Assembly: GCF_037042905.1 (NCBI RefSeq)
Contig: NC_087261.1
Span: forward strand, 7,254,001 to 7,318,000
Length of the DNA stretch: 64,000 nt
Source of the DNA: Lytechinus pictus
Taxonomy: Eukaryota
Direction: 5' to 3'
A program made the position numbers and the translations under genes. This document shows, one piece after another, positions 18,268 to 31,539 of the stretch. The notes below the pieces were generated by a model. It made no database searches. It worked only from the letters and a program-made list of their open reading frames with translations, and was not told where the DNA came from. Every line of letters begins with the position of its first letter. Within the stretch, counting starts at the first letter, position 1.

Positions 18268-19229
18268 GGATGACCTTATTAATTCCTATTTATTCATATA
18301 GAATATATATTTTTGTTGCCGGAGGGGAGAGGGTTGGGATTGATCGCTGCATTCCTGTAACGGACTCGTGGATGATAATGAGATGCACATATCGGTTCAA
18401 GTAATACTTGCTTCTTATCTGCACGCTAATCTGAATATAAGAACAATAGTTGTTTTGATTCGAGAAGATAACTTTACGAATTATATGGCAGTTCGTATAC
18501 TCTTAGATCTGTAGATAACTATTAGTTACTATACTTGTTCATAGAATATACATGTGGTACAAAAGCTGTCAATAAATATAATTGAATTAGAAACATTATT
18601 CTATTTTAAATGGACAAGCATTTTGACTGCAATTTATTGGTGCTTATCAGATTTCCGTGTTTTCCCACTTGCCTATTAGTACTATAGTATTCTTACTGTA
18701 TATAATATGATAACACATGGGTGTTCTCATTAATGCCTACATTTTTCATTATAAAGATCAGTGGAAGTTTGAATAATTACTCCGTAGCATACGTTCATTT
18801 TTTACGAAATAAGATCAATCCATTTTCGATATTACACTGAGCTTCCCGCTTCCCACTTATAGTTTCCCACGATGTTCGTGGAAGGTAATTATATTCGTCC
18901 TTCATTATTTTTTTCTTCATTTTTTTAATCTATCGTTTTTTAACTAAAAATGTGACGTTTGCAATTTTGCATTGTGCTTGGCTAAGGGTTTCAACCTATG
19001 TTATTTCACATTTCTATTCGCAAAAACAATATAATAAAAAGGATACATTTCAATATATCAAAGTGGAACTACATTTATTTTCCAACCTTAATTGTCTAAT
19101 TTAGATTTCAGTTATGCACGATATAGGCCTCTTATTCCCCCCCCCCAACATTTTATTCAAGCTGAGCATTTGAAAGGTTTTTGATATTATGTGAAAATCC
19201 CCGTCGTCGAAATCATCATCATCATCAAT

Positions 19230-19262
<33 letters not shown>

Positions 19263-20104
19263 GTCACAACCACCACCACCACCACAACCACCATCATCTT
19301 CAAACGTAATATATTATAGCTCCAACAGGTATGTGGCGCTGTGCAATATCATTATCAATATCGTCTAATCATGTGACAATATATTCCACCGTACACCAAC
19401 CACGTACCGCCACAAGTTTACAAGATCGTATCTCACCACGTCGCGACGTAATAAGGATGGTCTTTTTGTCAAGATAATAAACTCTTGCCATCTCATCAAG
19501 TCGATGGCACTTTAACATATTTAAAGCTTCAGTGGGTATGAATTTGATTGAACGTGCTAGTATTTATCTGCATCACCATCCATTTTTTTCTAAATCGAGA
19601 TCCCATGAAAAGTTTATTCAAGAATTCTACATCTAAGTTAGATAATTGAATGAAATAAAAACAAATTAGGATTGGCCCTAACTTTTATTACTTTGGCCTA
19701 TTTGTGTAGACTCTGTATTGTGTTATATTGATCTTGGTTAATCAATACCAAGACGTAGTAGGAATAAAGAGTCTAAAACATTAAAGTTATGTAAACGAAC
19801 TAGTTTGTTTATTGCAATTTTCAAATTTATCATTATAAGAACGCACATACAAATACACGAGAAGATACATCTAGATCATCTGTTCAACTGCTGCAGTCTT
19901 GTGAATTTAAACATTGACAAGATAAATATCCGTATGTGTCTGTTCTGGGACCCGTTGCAGAAAGAGTTGAAATCAAACGCAACTCTAAAAATCACGCGCA
20001 ACTTGATTTTCAACCAATGAACAGCGCGCATTTTTGACTTGCGATTGATTTTTTGACTTGACTTGACTTGCCCGTTGCAGAAAGAGTTGCGTTTAAACAT
20101 GTAA

Positions 20105-20427
20105 TAGTATTAATAATATTCCGCATTTATATAGCGCTTAACACATCGGAACGACGTCTCTGAGAGCTTTATAGATGATTATTACCCCGGTCATCGGATC
20201 CTTGCATGCCCGCTTACAATGTATGCACCTTTTCCACTCCCTGGGGAGCATTCCAACAAGGGTTCCAAGACTCAATTGTTAGGCATACTACATAGGCTTC
20301 CGCATCCTACCGGGTACCAATTTAACACCTGAGTGGAGATTGGCAAATTGTGGATTGACGCCTTGTTGCCAAAGGACGCTAGGCCATGGTGGGATTCGAA
20401 CACACGACCCTCTGATTACAAGGCGAG
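20105..20427 (-). mobile_element. tRNA-derived SINE, 5'-truncated
   Basis: B box GTTCGAATCCC, core related to 8385-8694, tail gcgctatataaatgcg..tattatt. Confidence 0.72.
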
Positions 20428-20970
20428 CGTACAACTAAACTCGGGAATGTAGAACATACCCATGGTGAAGATTGGTTTAGCATCAGCAAGGCTTTGTCTT
20501 ATAAACAGTTGAGATGTCCCTGTCACCCGGAACAATCATTATCAGCTTCTCGAATGTTCATTCGAAATGTTATATAAATTATAACAAGAAAAATTAAATA
20601 ATAAATGCATTGTATTGATCAATCAGTGAACTCCTTTTCATGCTTACAAAATTCTAATATTCTCAATATCAAGACTTTGGAAGACGGGTCGCAAGTAAAT
20701 ATGAGGTGGGTCCAGGAGTTAAAGTTCGCTATTCTACATCAGAAGATCTTCTGCTTAGCCTGATCTTCAATGTAAACTGAAATATAAATGTCACTCTATA
20801 GTCGTATTAACCACCTAGAAGTCAGCTATATACATTCGGGGCATGTTATATAACCGAAAGCTACAGGTTTAAAAAATTAGGCTAAGCAGAACTTTTTTGA
20901 TATAGACAAACGTTATTCTCTGCCTCGCTTGAAGACCCCAATAGGCTGAGGCTATGAGTCGTTGACGTTT

Positions 20971-22719
20971 CTATTTGACGATGCAGTCGCCAGCAATAAG
21001 CTTCTTCATCAACCACTCAGCGAAATGATGGCAGTTGTTTGTGAATAGGTGATACGCTCCATGAATCGGTCCAAAGTCCCTGGCCATCTTTTCTGCCTGG
21101 TCCAAGGTGCAGTTGCTTCCTCTCTGCAAGCTCCAGATGGCAGGACAGACGTGAGGGTCACGCCCGATGGTGGCTTCTCCGTAGTCGTAGACCACGCTGG
21201 CACCCCACTCGAAGGTCTTGCCCCGGAAGTAAACGAAGGAGTGGTCGAACTTGTAGGGGTTGACCTTGCCGGTGGGTAGTTTCATACTCTGTGCGATTTG
21301 GTTGGCGTAGTTAGACGGTAAGTTGCGGAGAGGATTGGCTGTCGGTTGTTCAGGAGCTTTGTCAGGTTTTGTAGGAAGACCGCATGTGAAGTCGACGAAT
21401 TCTATGGCTCCAAGCCAAACATCTGCCATAGGTTCTGTGCATTAAATAATTAAGGGAAATTTTGAGGGTCGATGTCAAGTTACACAGTATTCATGGAAAT
21501 TAATCCAAGTGGTTTGTGGCTAGATTATAATTTAATACATAATGTAATAGTCACACGAAGGGAAGGCATTTGGCTGCACGAAATGGATTTCTAAAATACA
21601 GACGTAAAACATAACCGAAACGCAAATAGAACTGCGATTTGAATATAGCGAGAGATTCTTGAATGTAACTTTTTACCGTGCGTGAATCATCACTACTATC
21701 CTTAGTTTTACACTATGACTTACTTTTCAATTAAAAATCAAGTCAGGCATGAGTGAGTATAAACATCAAATACACAAAATATTAAATGAACACCGAAATG
21801 ATGATTTTACCCATGCTTGTAGTTTTAAATTCAAACCTATGACCCATTCCTATATACTATCAATTTTTTCACTTTAAATCTGTAGCACTAGGAGAACGAT
21901 ACCCGTCTATGGTAATTCAATGGGATTTGAATTGGGAGACGACCTGAAGATGAAGCAACTTTCTTTTTAGTGAATAGAGGTATCCCAATCAAGCATTTCC
22001 ATAGAAGTTACATTAATGACAAAGTTACAATAGTTGTAAACCATGTAAACGGACCCCACGTGTTCATAATTTGAATTCCGACGTCACATAATAGAATGCA
22101 TCTCAAGGTCTTGTTACACTCGAACGACGGAGGGAAAATTTAGAACCGTTTGAGCACCCTGAAAATAGGATTGGTCAAAATAACTAATGCATTGGTGAAT
22201 ATATGTGCCCAACAATCAATTTATTGTTTAGAATCTACCATGCTTTTGACTTTGACCATTCTCATTGATCATGAAGATTTCCAACAATGCAATATTGGCT
22301 ACTTTGACCAATCACTCTGAAGAGTGTAAAAAGGGAACACATTGGGGTGAAACATTTATAAAGACATGTTTCACTCTGTGTGAATGTATCAAGGGCGTAG
22401 GCTGGGTTGAGCATGGGGAGGTGCACATCTTGGGGAGGTGGAACTAAAGTTTGCAAAATCAGCTGTTGAAAGCAAAAGAAGGGGTACGAATTTCGTTTTG
22501 CTTGCAAGTGTCGGAACGCCTCTGCCTCAGTGGGAGGGTGCTCGTGCACCCAGTCCAGCCTACGCCCTTTATCAATGGCAAAATAAAATACTCACCGGTT
22601 AGGATGCCATGGAAGGGTTTATTCGGTTTTTTCGAGCCTGTACTGGACGCACCACACGCAAAACAAAGAGATATCATCAGAGACAAACAACTCAAATTAA
22701 GCAATATTTTCCAGCCCAT
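20971..22719 (-). CDS. Predicted secreted permuted papain-like (PPPDE/DeSI-, NlpC/P60-related) protein, copy A, 195 aa; exons 22719-22596 and 21434-20971
   Basis: Exon 1 encodes MGWKILLNLSCLSLMISLCFACG (signal-peptide-like) and ends ACC G|GTGAGT (phase 1). The acceptor cacag|AA CCT ATG keeps the frame. Exon 2 has His motif DHSFVYFRGKTFEWG before Cys motif YHLFTNNCHHFAEWL. Confidence 0.8.
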
Positions 22720-23929
22720 GGTGTATGATTTAGAAATCCAAAGAACTAGTGTTTATCCAGAACCAATAATCATGATAATGACGTTTGAACCTTTAACTCA
22801 AAGATAAGCAGAGATCCCAAATCATTCGATTATCATATAATCATGCAGGCAAATCGTTCAAACTGTCATATCGCCAAGTTCAAAGATTGACATTAATCCG
22901 CAGAAAAGTGGTTTAGTTCTGCCTTTCCGTTACCGCGGAAAACTTTTCCAAATAATGTTCTCTCTGCCACTGTACGTGTAGGTCAAAATTATATCACTAC
23001 ATGTAGTACATAGAGGAGGTAGCCAATTAAACATCTAAACTTAACCAAAGCTAGTTTTCCGATGATAGTGGATATTTGTGATTATGGCGGGGTCTCACAG
23101 GGGGACGTGAAAATCATCTCCTATTTGGTTTCTGTAAAAAGTTGAAGCTATGTAGGAGAGTGCGTTCCCCGTCCGCCCCCGTGATTGATCAGAGCCCATG
23201 TCTGTGACTAAGGAATGATTCACGAATGAACATGGTGAAGGGGAAATACTGAACATGACGTCATAACTGCCCCCTGTGTTCATAGTTTGGCAACGAAAAA
23301 ACAACAAAAAACAGCAAAAAAGAGTACAGGTTAATTCTAAAAATAAGCTTATTGATTAGTCGGTGTGTTCAAGGGCACACATGGATAATTTGGACTTCCA
23401 TTCACTCACGTGTTTAATCACAGCTCATCACAAACATCATTAAAAATCAACCCCTCTAAAGATTTCATTTTAATTCACTGTTATTAATAATCACAACATG
23501 CCGTACAACAAAATTTGGTACGTTAATCGGGAACTGTTGATGTGAGTTGCGAGGATGCCCAGAGGATGCAGAGAATATACAGCGGACGATTAACGGATGA
23601 TAATGGACATGGGACGTTTGTTGCTCGTATAATATGTTGCGGATTTACATCGTACACGGCGGAAAGTTCATCCGTTTTAAACATTTTGTGCGGCTCAAAA
23701 CTTTTTGCGCGGAAGAAATCAAGTGGACAATATGCTAGATGGATAGAGCATATAAAACACGTATGCAATGAGTACACAACGGATGCATAGCGTTTTTCCA
23801 ACCGATGGCAAGATTAATTTACGTTTTACATCCTCTTTGCTTCCGTAAGTGCATGTTGGACCGAGCCTCAAGCTCATAGGGTTTTAAACACGAAGTATAC
23901 ACTTTCCAAGGATGTAGATGAAACATTAA

Positions 23930-24485
23930 AGGACAGTCCGATGTACAATAAGAAAGTTATGATATTTTGAAGTTTTGCTTAATTTCACAAAACAGTTATA
24001 TGCACATTCTGGTCGGTAAGCAAATGAGCAGACTGATGACGTCACCCATTCACTGTTTCTTTTGTGTTTTATTAAATGAAATATGAAAAACTCTCATTTT
24101 CTCCTCATTGTCATGTGAAACAAATTGTTATTCCTCCCTCAACAGTTTTTTAATAGTTTATGGTTATAAAGTAAAAAGGTCCTTATTGTCAAATCTGTAA
24201 AAATTGAAATATTGTATAAATTCAAACAATAAAAAAAACAAAAGAAAAGCGAGTGAGGGACATCAGCGACTCTCTCATTTACATATCACTGAGTTAAGCA
24301 TCTTAGCAGTCAGGTAAAACACCTCGGTATAACATAACATAACTGTTTTGTGAAAAATAAGCGAAACTTAAAAATGTCATAAATTTCTTTTTTTACATCC
24401 GATTTCGATGAAATTTCCAGCGTTATGCTTGTTTGAACTTTCTCTATTGATTCAAATCAACAATTTTCTGGGGTGGACTTGACCT
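23930..24485. mobile_element. Kolobok-like MITE, family 1 (left end partly deleted); orthologous copy at 43632-44207
   Basis: TTAA|AGGACAGTCC...GGGGTGGACTTGACCT; body homologous to 9200-9803. Confidence 0.75.
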
Positions 24486-25172
24486 TCAAGTAAATTTTCA
24501 TATTAATTCAGTTTTGAATCATGTGATATTCATTAAGCACGAGTATTAGATTTGTTGAGGGCAGTATTGCTAAACCTGATGGAATATTTTCCCCCCGATA
24601 TTTGATGCATTTCGACAGGGGCGACTTTGTTAAAGCGTAAATCGTAGACGAAGGAAGAGATAGAGGGAGATAGACTGATAGAGAGAGAGAGAGAGAGAGT
24701 TGATTACTGTATGTATTGGATTTGTTCACCTCGCAGTTTATGACCTCTGTTTCTTTCCACCAGTATATCTACACAATACCTCATTCACGGATTGGTGCCC
24801 ATTATGAATATCATTTTTTTTTCCAACGCGCGACTTGACTATATGAACGTGGCAGTCTATCATACTGGATAAACCTAAAGCAAATCTACTTATTAAACAT
24901 GGCGTACTGTGGGGCGCACGTTAAACACACATGAGTGCGGTAACGTTCAGCACTATGCTACTGAAGGAAGACATTGCGTGTGTTTTTATTAGCATTCGCG
25001 TTATGTTTTTGGACTGATATTCTGATCTGCGTCACACGATGGGGTGAATGATGATGACTTTGTTGGAAAGGCTCTAAGGAGGAGGAGGCTTCAGACACTC
25101 GATTGGTATATTTGGAGCTGGTTTAAAACAGATTTACTCGACAACATAAACACCCGATGGGAGATCGTCAAA

Positions 25173-26732
25173 ATGGGACTTGAAGACTACAAGTTCTGTA
25201 TTGGGTTGGTGCTATTACTCTCCTTATCGTCAATCGCGACGATGTTTACGGCGATGTACCATTTAAGTGACCTTAAAGAGATAAGAGCGAAGAAGAATTC
25301 TGCATTGGGCATCCGACAGATACTCAGCTCCAGGAAAGCAGCTCGAAAAGAAAGGAATCCTTCATCGTTTGGTTTGGGGGAAGCCTCAATATTTTCGGAC
25401 AAGTATAGTCCACCTGAGGGAGATGACGCTTTTCGGAATCTCAGTATTATATCATTTAGATATGACACACTGTCTGCTCGTAGAGGTCTAACTCACAGTA
25501 TTGCTAATGTAGAAGACGATGTTCTGACGTTCGATACATATGACATTTTAAAACCACTATCGAATGTAACCATTGAAGAAAGCAGCTTGGTTCACAAAAT
25601 CCAACAAAAACAGAGAAACGCTGACTTTAACTGTGTCATCAGGATTGCCAAGTATTGTTCCTCTCGTTGTGATTATATAGTTAAAGGTAAACATTCGAGG
25701 GAATGGACGCCATTCAGATGTGAACTCAGTGAGTTCTGTAGGTTTGAGACTCGTTTTATAGGTAACCTCACCAAGGAGGTTATGAAGACCATCGATGTTG
25801 TTTTCTTTATACCCGGATTTCGGGATGTTCGTCTCAAGCAAGTGATGGCTGCAAGACCACCAGGACAACTCTGGGTCCTCTGCGCCAAAGAGAGTCCTCA
25901 GCATGACCCAGATTATGCTCCTCGAGGTCTAACAGGAAACCCTTTCAATCTCACCATGACGTATGTCAGGGACAGTGATATTTACTTCCCATACGCCACC
26001 GTGCGGAAGCTTGGGAAGCCAAATGAAAATCCGCCAGATATTCCAAAGAAAACCAAGCTGATAGCTTGGATGGCATCCAACTGCAAACCATATTATTGGA
26101 AACGAACTGAACTGGCGAAGGCGATACAAAGGAATATCTCAGTGGATATGTACGGCAAGTGCGGTACGGGAAGACTTGCCCATGATAAAGCCATCGAGAC
26201 GCTCAAGCAATATAAATTCTATTTCGCGTTTGAAAATAGTGAATGCCGGGATTACATCACGGAGAAGGTGTGGAAGAATTGCCTTTCTCAGGGGATCGTA
26301 CCCATCGTCTACGGATCAACGCGCGAAGGCTACGAGAAGTCACTCCCAAGGAATTCCTTCATCTCTGTGGATGATTTCAGTAACATGAGCGAATTTGTAG
26401 ATTACATTCACGCACTAGATAAAGACGACGCGCGTTACATGAAATATTTCGACTGGAGAAGGGACGGCGAGGTGCAGTTTCACTCTCCATCTGCGTTCAG
26501 AGGTAGTAGACCTGAACTGAATTTTTGTTACCTCGTCAAAAAACTAATATACGTCTTTGTACATCCAGAGAACACTTGGCAGAAAAGAAATCCAGATTTT
26601 GCTTCTTGGTGGCGGGGGCAGTGTGCCGATCATTCTGTTGAGAAAATCGTTTTGGGATTCAATACCCATCGGTCAACAGAAGAACAGGCAATCATCGATG
26701 CATCTATGAGGCGCGGAGACATAGAAATGTAG
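25173..26732 (+). CDS. Intronless alpha-1,3/4-fucosyltransferase (GT10), copy A, 519 aa, type II membrane
   Basis: N-terminal TM segment (FCIGLVLLLSLSSIATMFTAM), KESP, FNLTMTY..DSDI..PY, AWMASNC, VDMYGKCG, and the alpha-3 motif YKFYFAFENSECRDYITEKVWKN. The ORF track starts at a GTG; ATG 25173 aligns with the copy B start. Confidence 0.93.
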   Translation: MGLEDYKFCIGLVLLLSLSSIATMFTAMYHLSDLKEIRAKKNSALGIRQILSSRKAARKERNPSSFGLGEASIFSDKYSPPEGDDAFRNLSIISFRYDTLSARRGLTHSIANVEDDVLTFDTYDILKPLSNVTIEESSLVHKIQQKQRNADFNCVIRIAKYCSSRCDYIVKGKHSREWTPFRCELSEFCRFETRFIGNLTKEVMKTIDVVFFIPGFRDVRLKQVMAARPPGQLWVLCAKESPQHDPDYAPRGLTGNPFNLTMTYVRDSDIYFPYATVRKLGKPNENPPDIPKKTKLIAWMASNCKPYYWKRTELAKAIQRNISVDMYGKCGTGRLAHDKAIETLKQYKFYFAFENSECRDYITEKVWKNCLSQGIVPIVYGSTREGYEKSLPRNSFISVDDFSNMSEFVDYIHALDKDDARYMKYFDWRRDGEVQFHSPSAFRGSRPELNFCYLVKKLIYVFVHPENTWQKRNPDFASWWRGQCADHSVEKIVLGFNTHRSTEEQAIIDASMRRGDIEM

Positions 26733-26763
26733 TTGGCGTCTTTAAATTATATGAAAAGCCATA

Positions 26764-28332
26764 ATATAATAGAACAGCTTTTGTATAGTGCATTACACCT
26801 TACAAAGGTGTCAATGCGCTTTAGGAAAAAAAAAGAAAAGATGAGGGAAAGCTGCTGGTAATGTTTTGATAATATTCTTTTCAGTTAAATAAATACGTTT
26901 TCAATGCAGATTTAAATTGCCCAATTGTATCAACTTGCCTTAAATTGTGTGGGATACTATTCCAGAGTTCCGGCGCTGCATGCGCAAACCCCCGTTCGCC
27001 ATAAAACTGTGTCTTAACAACAGGTGCGTTATATAAATCCATATAAAGTTATCTAAGATTTCGAACAGGTTCATATTTTACAAGTAACTCTGACAGATAA
27101 GATGGAGCCATTTGTCGAAAACATTGGAAAGAGAGTAGTAAGATCTTGAACTTGATTACGTGACCTGACAGGCAACCAATGCAAGGATCTTAATACAGAT
27201 GATACATATTCATATCTTTTTGTTCTAGTAACAATCCTAGCAGCCGAGTTTTTAATGACCTGAAGTTTCTGGAGTTGAGTGTCTGGTACTCCATACAATA
27301 GACTATTGCAGTAGTCTAAGTGACACATGACAAAAGCATGCACCAGCCTTTCAGAGGTATCTTTATCAACATACGGTCGAATTTTCCCAATCTTACGCAA
27401 TGCATATGACGCAGATCGACATTTAGATTTTATGTAATTTTGCATAGTGAAGTGATCATCAAATAGGACACCAAGATTTCTTGCTGTCTTAACAGGAACA
27501 ACCTCTACACCCTCAATTTCAAAAGGGCGCAAAGGTACATTGGGTCAAAATCGAGATTTTATATGCATAACCTCTGTTTTCCTACTATTCAACTTTAGGC
27601 CACTCAATCTTGACCACTCTTTAATTTCCTTGATACAACTCTGCACTCTAGCAATCAGATCTTCTATATCCGATGATTCCGATGATTTACATGTCATATA
27701 CATCCGAGTATCGTCTGCATAAAAAACATTCTAGAAAATCCGTAAGAATCAATAATATCTTCTAAAGGTGATGTATACATGGTAAAAACTAAGGGTTCGA
27801 TAACAGACCCTTGGGGCACACCTTGAAGAGAAGTTTCTGAGTCATTGCCCGGCAAAGCCTTTGAAGAATGTGTACAAGAGAATTTATCAATTTTCTGGCA
27901 CAATTCACGAGAACTGCAAACAGACAGCTGGTCTCTGTGATACATTAACTTAGCAGTTTCCAGAGCCTTCTTATATTCAGCACATTTAGTCTTGAAAATC
28001 TGTCGATGAATTACTTGGCCAGAATTCGATGATGAGAAAGTGTGACGTTCCAGCCTTCGAAGTTCCTGCTTCGCACGACGGAGCTCATCATTACACCATG
28101 GGGAGTTTGGTCGACATCTTACTGTGTGAGATAGAAGAGGAGCATGTTTGTCCAAGAGAGTACTGAGAACAGATTCATACTGAAGTATCAGATCATCAAC
28201 ACTATCAGCAGGGTCCAGATACAATTCAGACTGTCTTAGGTCCTCACGAAACGACTCAACATCAGTTTGACGCAATTTACGCATCTTCACTTCCATATAT
28301 GACGGTTCAGGTTGGCTAATCATCAAGGTACA
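26764..28332 (-). mobile_element. Internally deleted L2/CR1-group LINE ORF2 fragment
   Basis: LLDKHAP..SPW linker joined to GVPQGSV..P..F..Y, then YADD at ~27710-27722, KTARNLGV, LDYCNSLL, LHWLPV. Frameshifted. Confidence 0.88.
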
Positions 28333-29732
28333 CTTGCTTCTCATTGGCATGAATTCGTGATGTTAGGAGGATTGTCGTAGGCATGGCTAACATTGGTTTG
28401 AAAATCTTTATTGCTATTCATTATTCTTTCCAGATTAGGCCTATATTCAATAGGCCTATCACCATATGAAAATTTCATGAAAACCATTTCTTGCATAAAA
28501 AAAACTTGCGTTGTTTCTTGTTTTCGATTTGTAAATTTAGCTCCGGTTGATGGGTCTTTTAATTTAGTAGATGAATTAATATGGTATGATGTGGTTATGG
28601 GGACAGTTGCAAAAAGTTACTATTATGGTACTTTTGCAATCCAATGGTAACTACCAAGGTAACGGTTATCAATAACCAATCAAAATCAATGATTCCATGC
28701 AAGTAACCATTGCATGGCAAGGTTACTATTATGGTAACTTTTATGCAACAGGGCCTTGGTATTCTGTGTTACTCTTTAGAAGGAAACACAGGGTAAAACA
28801 AGTTACGACGGGAAATTTGCTAGAAATAAGAAACGAAAAGATATTCTGAATTTTAGTTTAAACCGAAGCTTAATACACCACTGATCTGAGGGTCCCTTTT
28901 GTCATTTTTAATAAAAAGACTGGCAATAGTTATGATGCAATATAGTACTGTTGTGTAGCGCATGAGTTTTCATTACTCATACTTTTCTCAAAATGTCACT
29001 TGGATCAGGGTTGAAATCAATTGGTCATAATAACACAATTCACCCTTTCAAAATATTCATGAGATAATTTGAGATTAAATAGAGAAAATACAGGAAAGCT
29101 CACTTTGCAAATAAGATAAAAATTTGATGTACAATAGGGAGTTATGACATTTATTTATTCATTCATTTTTTTACAAATGTATTCACACAACAGTGATCTA
29201 CATATCATTGGCGGTAATGTAGATCACGCAGATGAAGGAAACTTTCAAAGTGTCATATTTTTTTAGAACGATTTTGATAAAAAATATTAATGAACATTTT
29301 ACATTTTATTATGTTATGCAGGACCTGCTTGGAGAATAGTTTTCGGAAATTAATTTGTTACCTTGGGTAAAAATAAATGAATTGAATAAACGACAAATAT
29401 GGCATTGTTATCATCTATTTAAATCATGTTGTTTTGTCGACGGACTTCACCATACCGAGTGTTGATTAGAATGTATAGAGGGGGAGTTGGGGATGGGGGT
29501 GGGGAGAATAAGAGAGGCGAGAGAGAGAGAGAGAGGGGGGGGGAGGGATGATTGCGTGTTACCATAGTTATTGCAATGTCATAATGATTGATTTCCTCCA
29601 TTGATATTATTTTGCTGTTGGATTTCTCAATAAAACGTCTATTCTCATGATTAAACCCGGGATAACCTAAGACAAAACAAAAAAGTCCCCCCCCCCAAAA
29701 AAAAAAATACTCACCAATTTTCATGATATTAA

Positions 29733-30281
29733 AGGTCAAGTCCACCCCAGAAAAAAAATTATTTGAATGAATACAGAAAAATCAAACTAGCATGACGCTG
29801 AAAATTTTATCAAAATCGAATGTAAAAATTAAAAAAAAGTTATGTCATTTTAAATTTTCGCTTATTTTTCACAAAAAAGATATTTGCACAACTCCGTGAA
29901 ATGCAAATGAGACACTCGATGATGATCCTCACTCACTAATTATTTTGCTTTTTATTGTTTGAATATTTCATTTTCATAGATTTGTCAATACGGACCAACT
30001 TGACTGAACCATTGCTAACTCTACATGTTCAGGGAGGAATTAATCTTTGTTTCACTTGACAATGAGTAGGAAATTTTCATATTTCATGAGTGGATGACGT
30101 CATGAGTCTCCTCATTAATTTTGCAAACCGACCAGGATGTACATATACCTTTTTTGTGAAACTTTAAAATGTCATGATTTTCTTATTTGACATCCAATTT
30201 TCATGAAATTTCCAGTGTTATGCTTGTTGGGTTTTTTTTTCTTTGTATACAAATCAACTTTTGTTGGGGTGGACGTGTCCT
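29733..30281. mobile_element. Kolobok-like MITE, family 1; truncated counterpart at 51025-~51380
   Basis: TTAA|AGGTCAAGTCCACCCC...GGGGTGGACGTGTCCT|TTAA. Confidence 0.8.
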
Positions 30282-31539
30282 TTAAAGCTTTGCAAAAAAA
30301 AATTACGCTCATTCAAAATCAAGAGTAAATCCTAACGTCATGCGTATTTTCTTTGAGTAAATGCAAATTTGTAGTTGGCTACCAGCCAGCGGCGTAACAG
30401 GGGTCGGTGGCCAGGGGGGGGGGGGCAAGAGCCAAAAATTTCCCGGTCATATCATGAAACAGGCAATGGCGTCATAAGGCAAAAATTTTGAGGGGGCGAT
30501 ATGGCGTATCGGGCATATATATATATATATATATAGGCGAGCGAGCGAAGCGAGCAAGCAAAAATTTTAGACATTTTTATTGCAAAAATCCAATTTTGTG
30601 ATAGATTTTGACATAATGTTAAAAAGATGATATCATATTCACCCTCCTCTCTTTCCTTTTTTCTCTCTTTTTTTGTACGCCACGGTGAACAGGATTTTTG
30701 TTATGCTTTTTGTGAGCATCAGGGCGAAGCTCTATATGCTCGAGGGGGCCGGGTATGGCGCTCCTGGCAAGAAGTAGCTAAATATAGGTCCCGAGCGAGC
30801 GAAGCGAGCGAGATAAAAAATCACCTTTTCATGAGAATCTATAACATGAAAATAGATTTTAACGTGATATTCAGAAAAATATAATACACTTTCCTTTCTT
30901 TCCTTATTTTTTTTTGTTTGGTTGTAGAATTTTGGGGGGCCATGGTCCAAACTCATCCATATAACAGTGCTTTATGGGTGGGGTCCAGGGCAGAGCCCCG
31001 GAACCTCTTGATATCAAAGCCATTTTAAACCTTACAGATGGCCACTTATTTTAATCAAATTGCGTGTATATTTATATAGCTTTAACACAACACATAAATT
31101 AAATGCAGTTGTGTATCGTAATCATCCAAATATTGTGAGAGGCACACCATAGCAAATGTGGGAAATTTTGTAAAAAGTCGCCAGCGAGCGAAGCGAGCTA
31201 GAAAAAAAAATGGCCTGTTAAAATGAAATTCTAATTATGTGATAGATATTTACATCATTATAGCAAATATCATGTCCTATATTTTTTTTCATTCATCTCA
31301 TTTCGCTGCCTCCTTTATTTTCTTTTATTTCCCCTTGGCTGTGGAACCACCCCCGGTACGCCAGTGCTTCAACGTAAAGCCTAATGCAGGAAGGGTCCAT
31401 ATAGGAGCCCGTTATAGAACCCATTAAAGGTTACAGATGAAGAGCCCCCACTGCACGGGGTCTTGACTCTTGGACAGAGCCTTTGGAGATTAAGCAAGTT
31501 TATGATAGACTTTCATACGACATTATGCTATATACCATC

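Larger units (their letters stand above)
20793..30285. repeat. Segmental duplication copy A (papain-like gene + FucT + flank)
   Basis: Colinear with ~32950-51380 starting at (c/t)tatagtcg(t)..ttaaccacctagaagtcagc and continuing to the shared Kolobok-like MITE (29733 vs 51025). Confidence 0.92.

Noticed and set aside
25044-25172. 43-aa N-terminal extension of FucT copy A
   Set aside because: It starts at GTG and is not kept in frame in copy B. ATG 25173 is the likely start.
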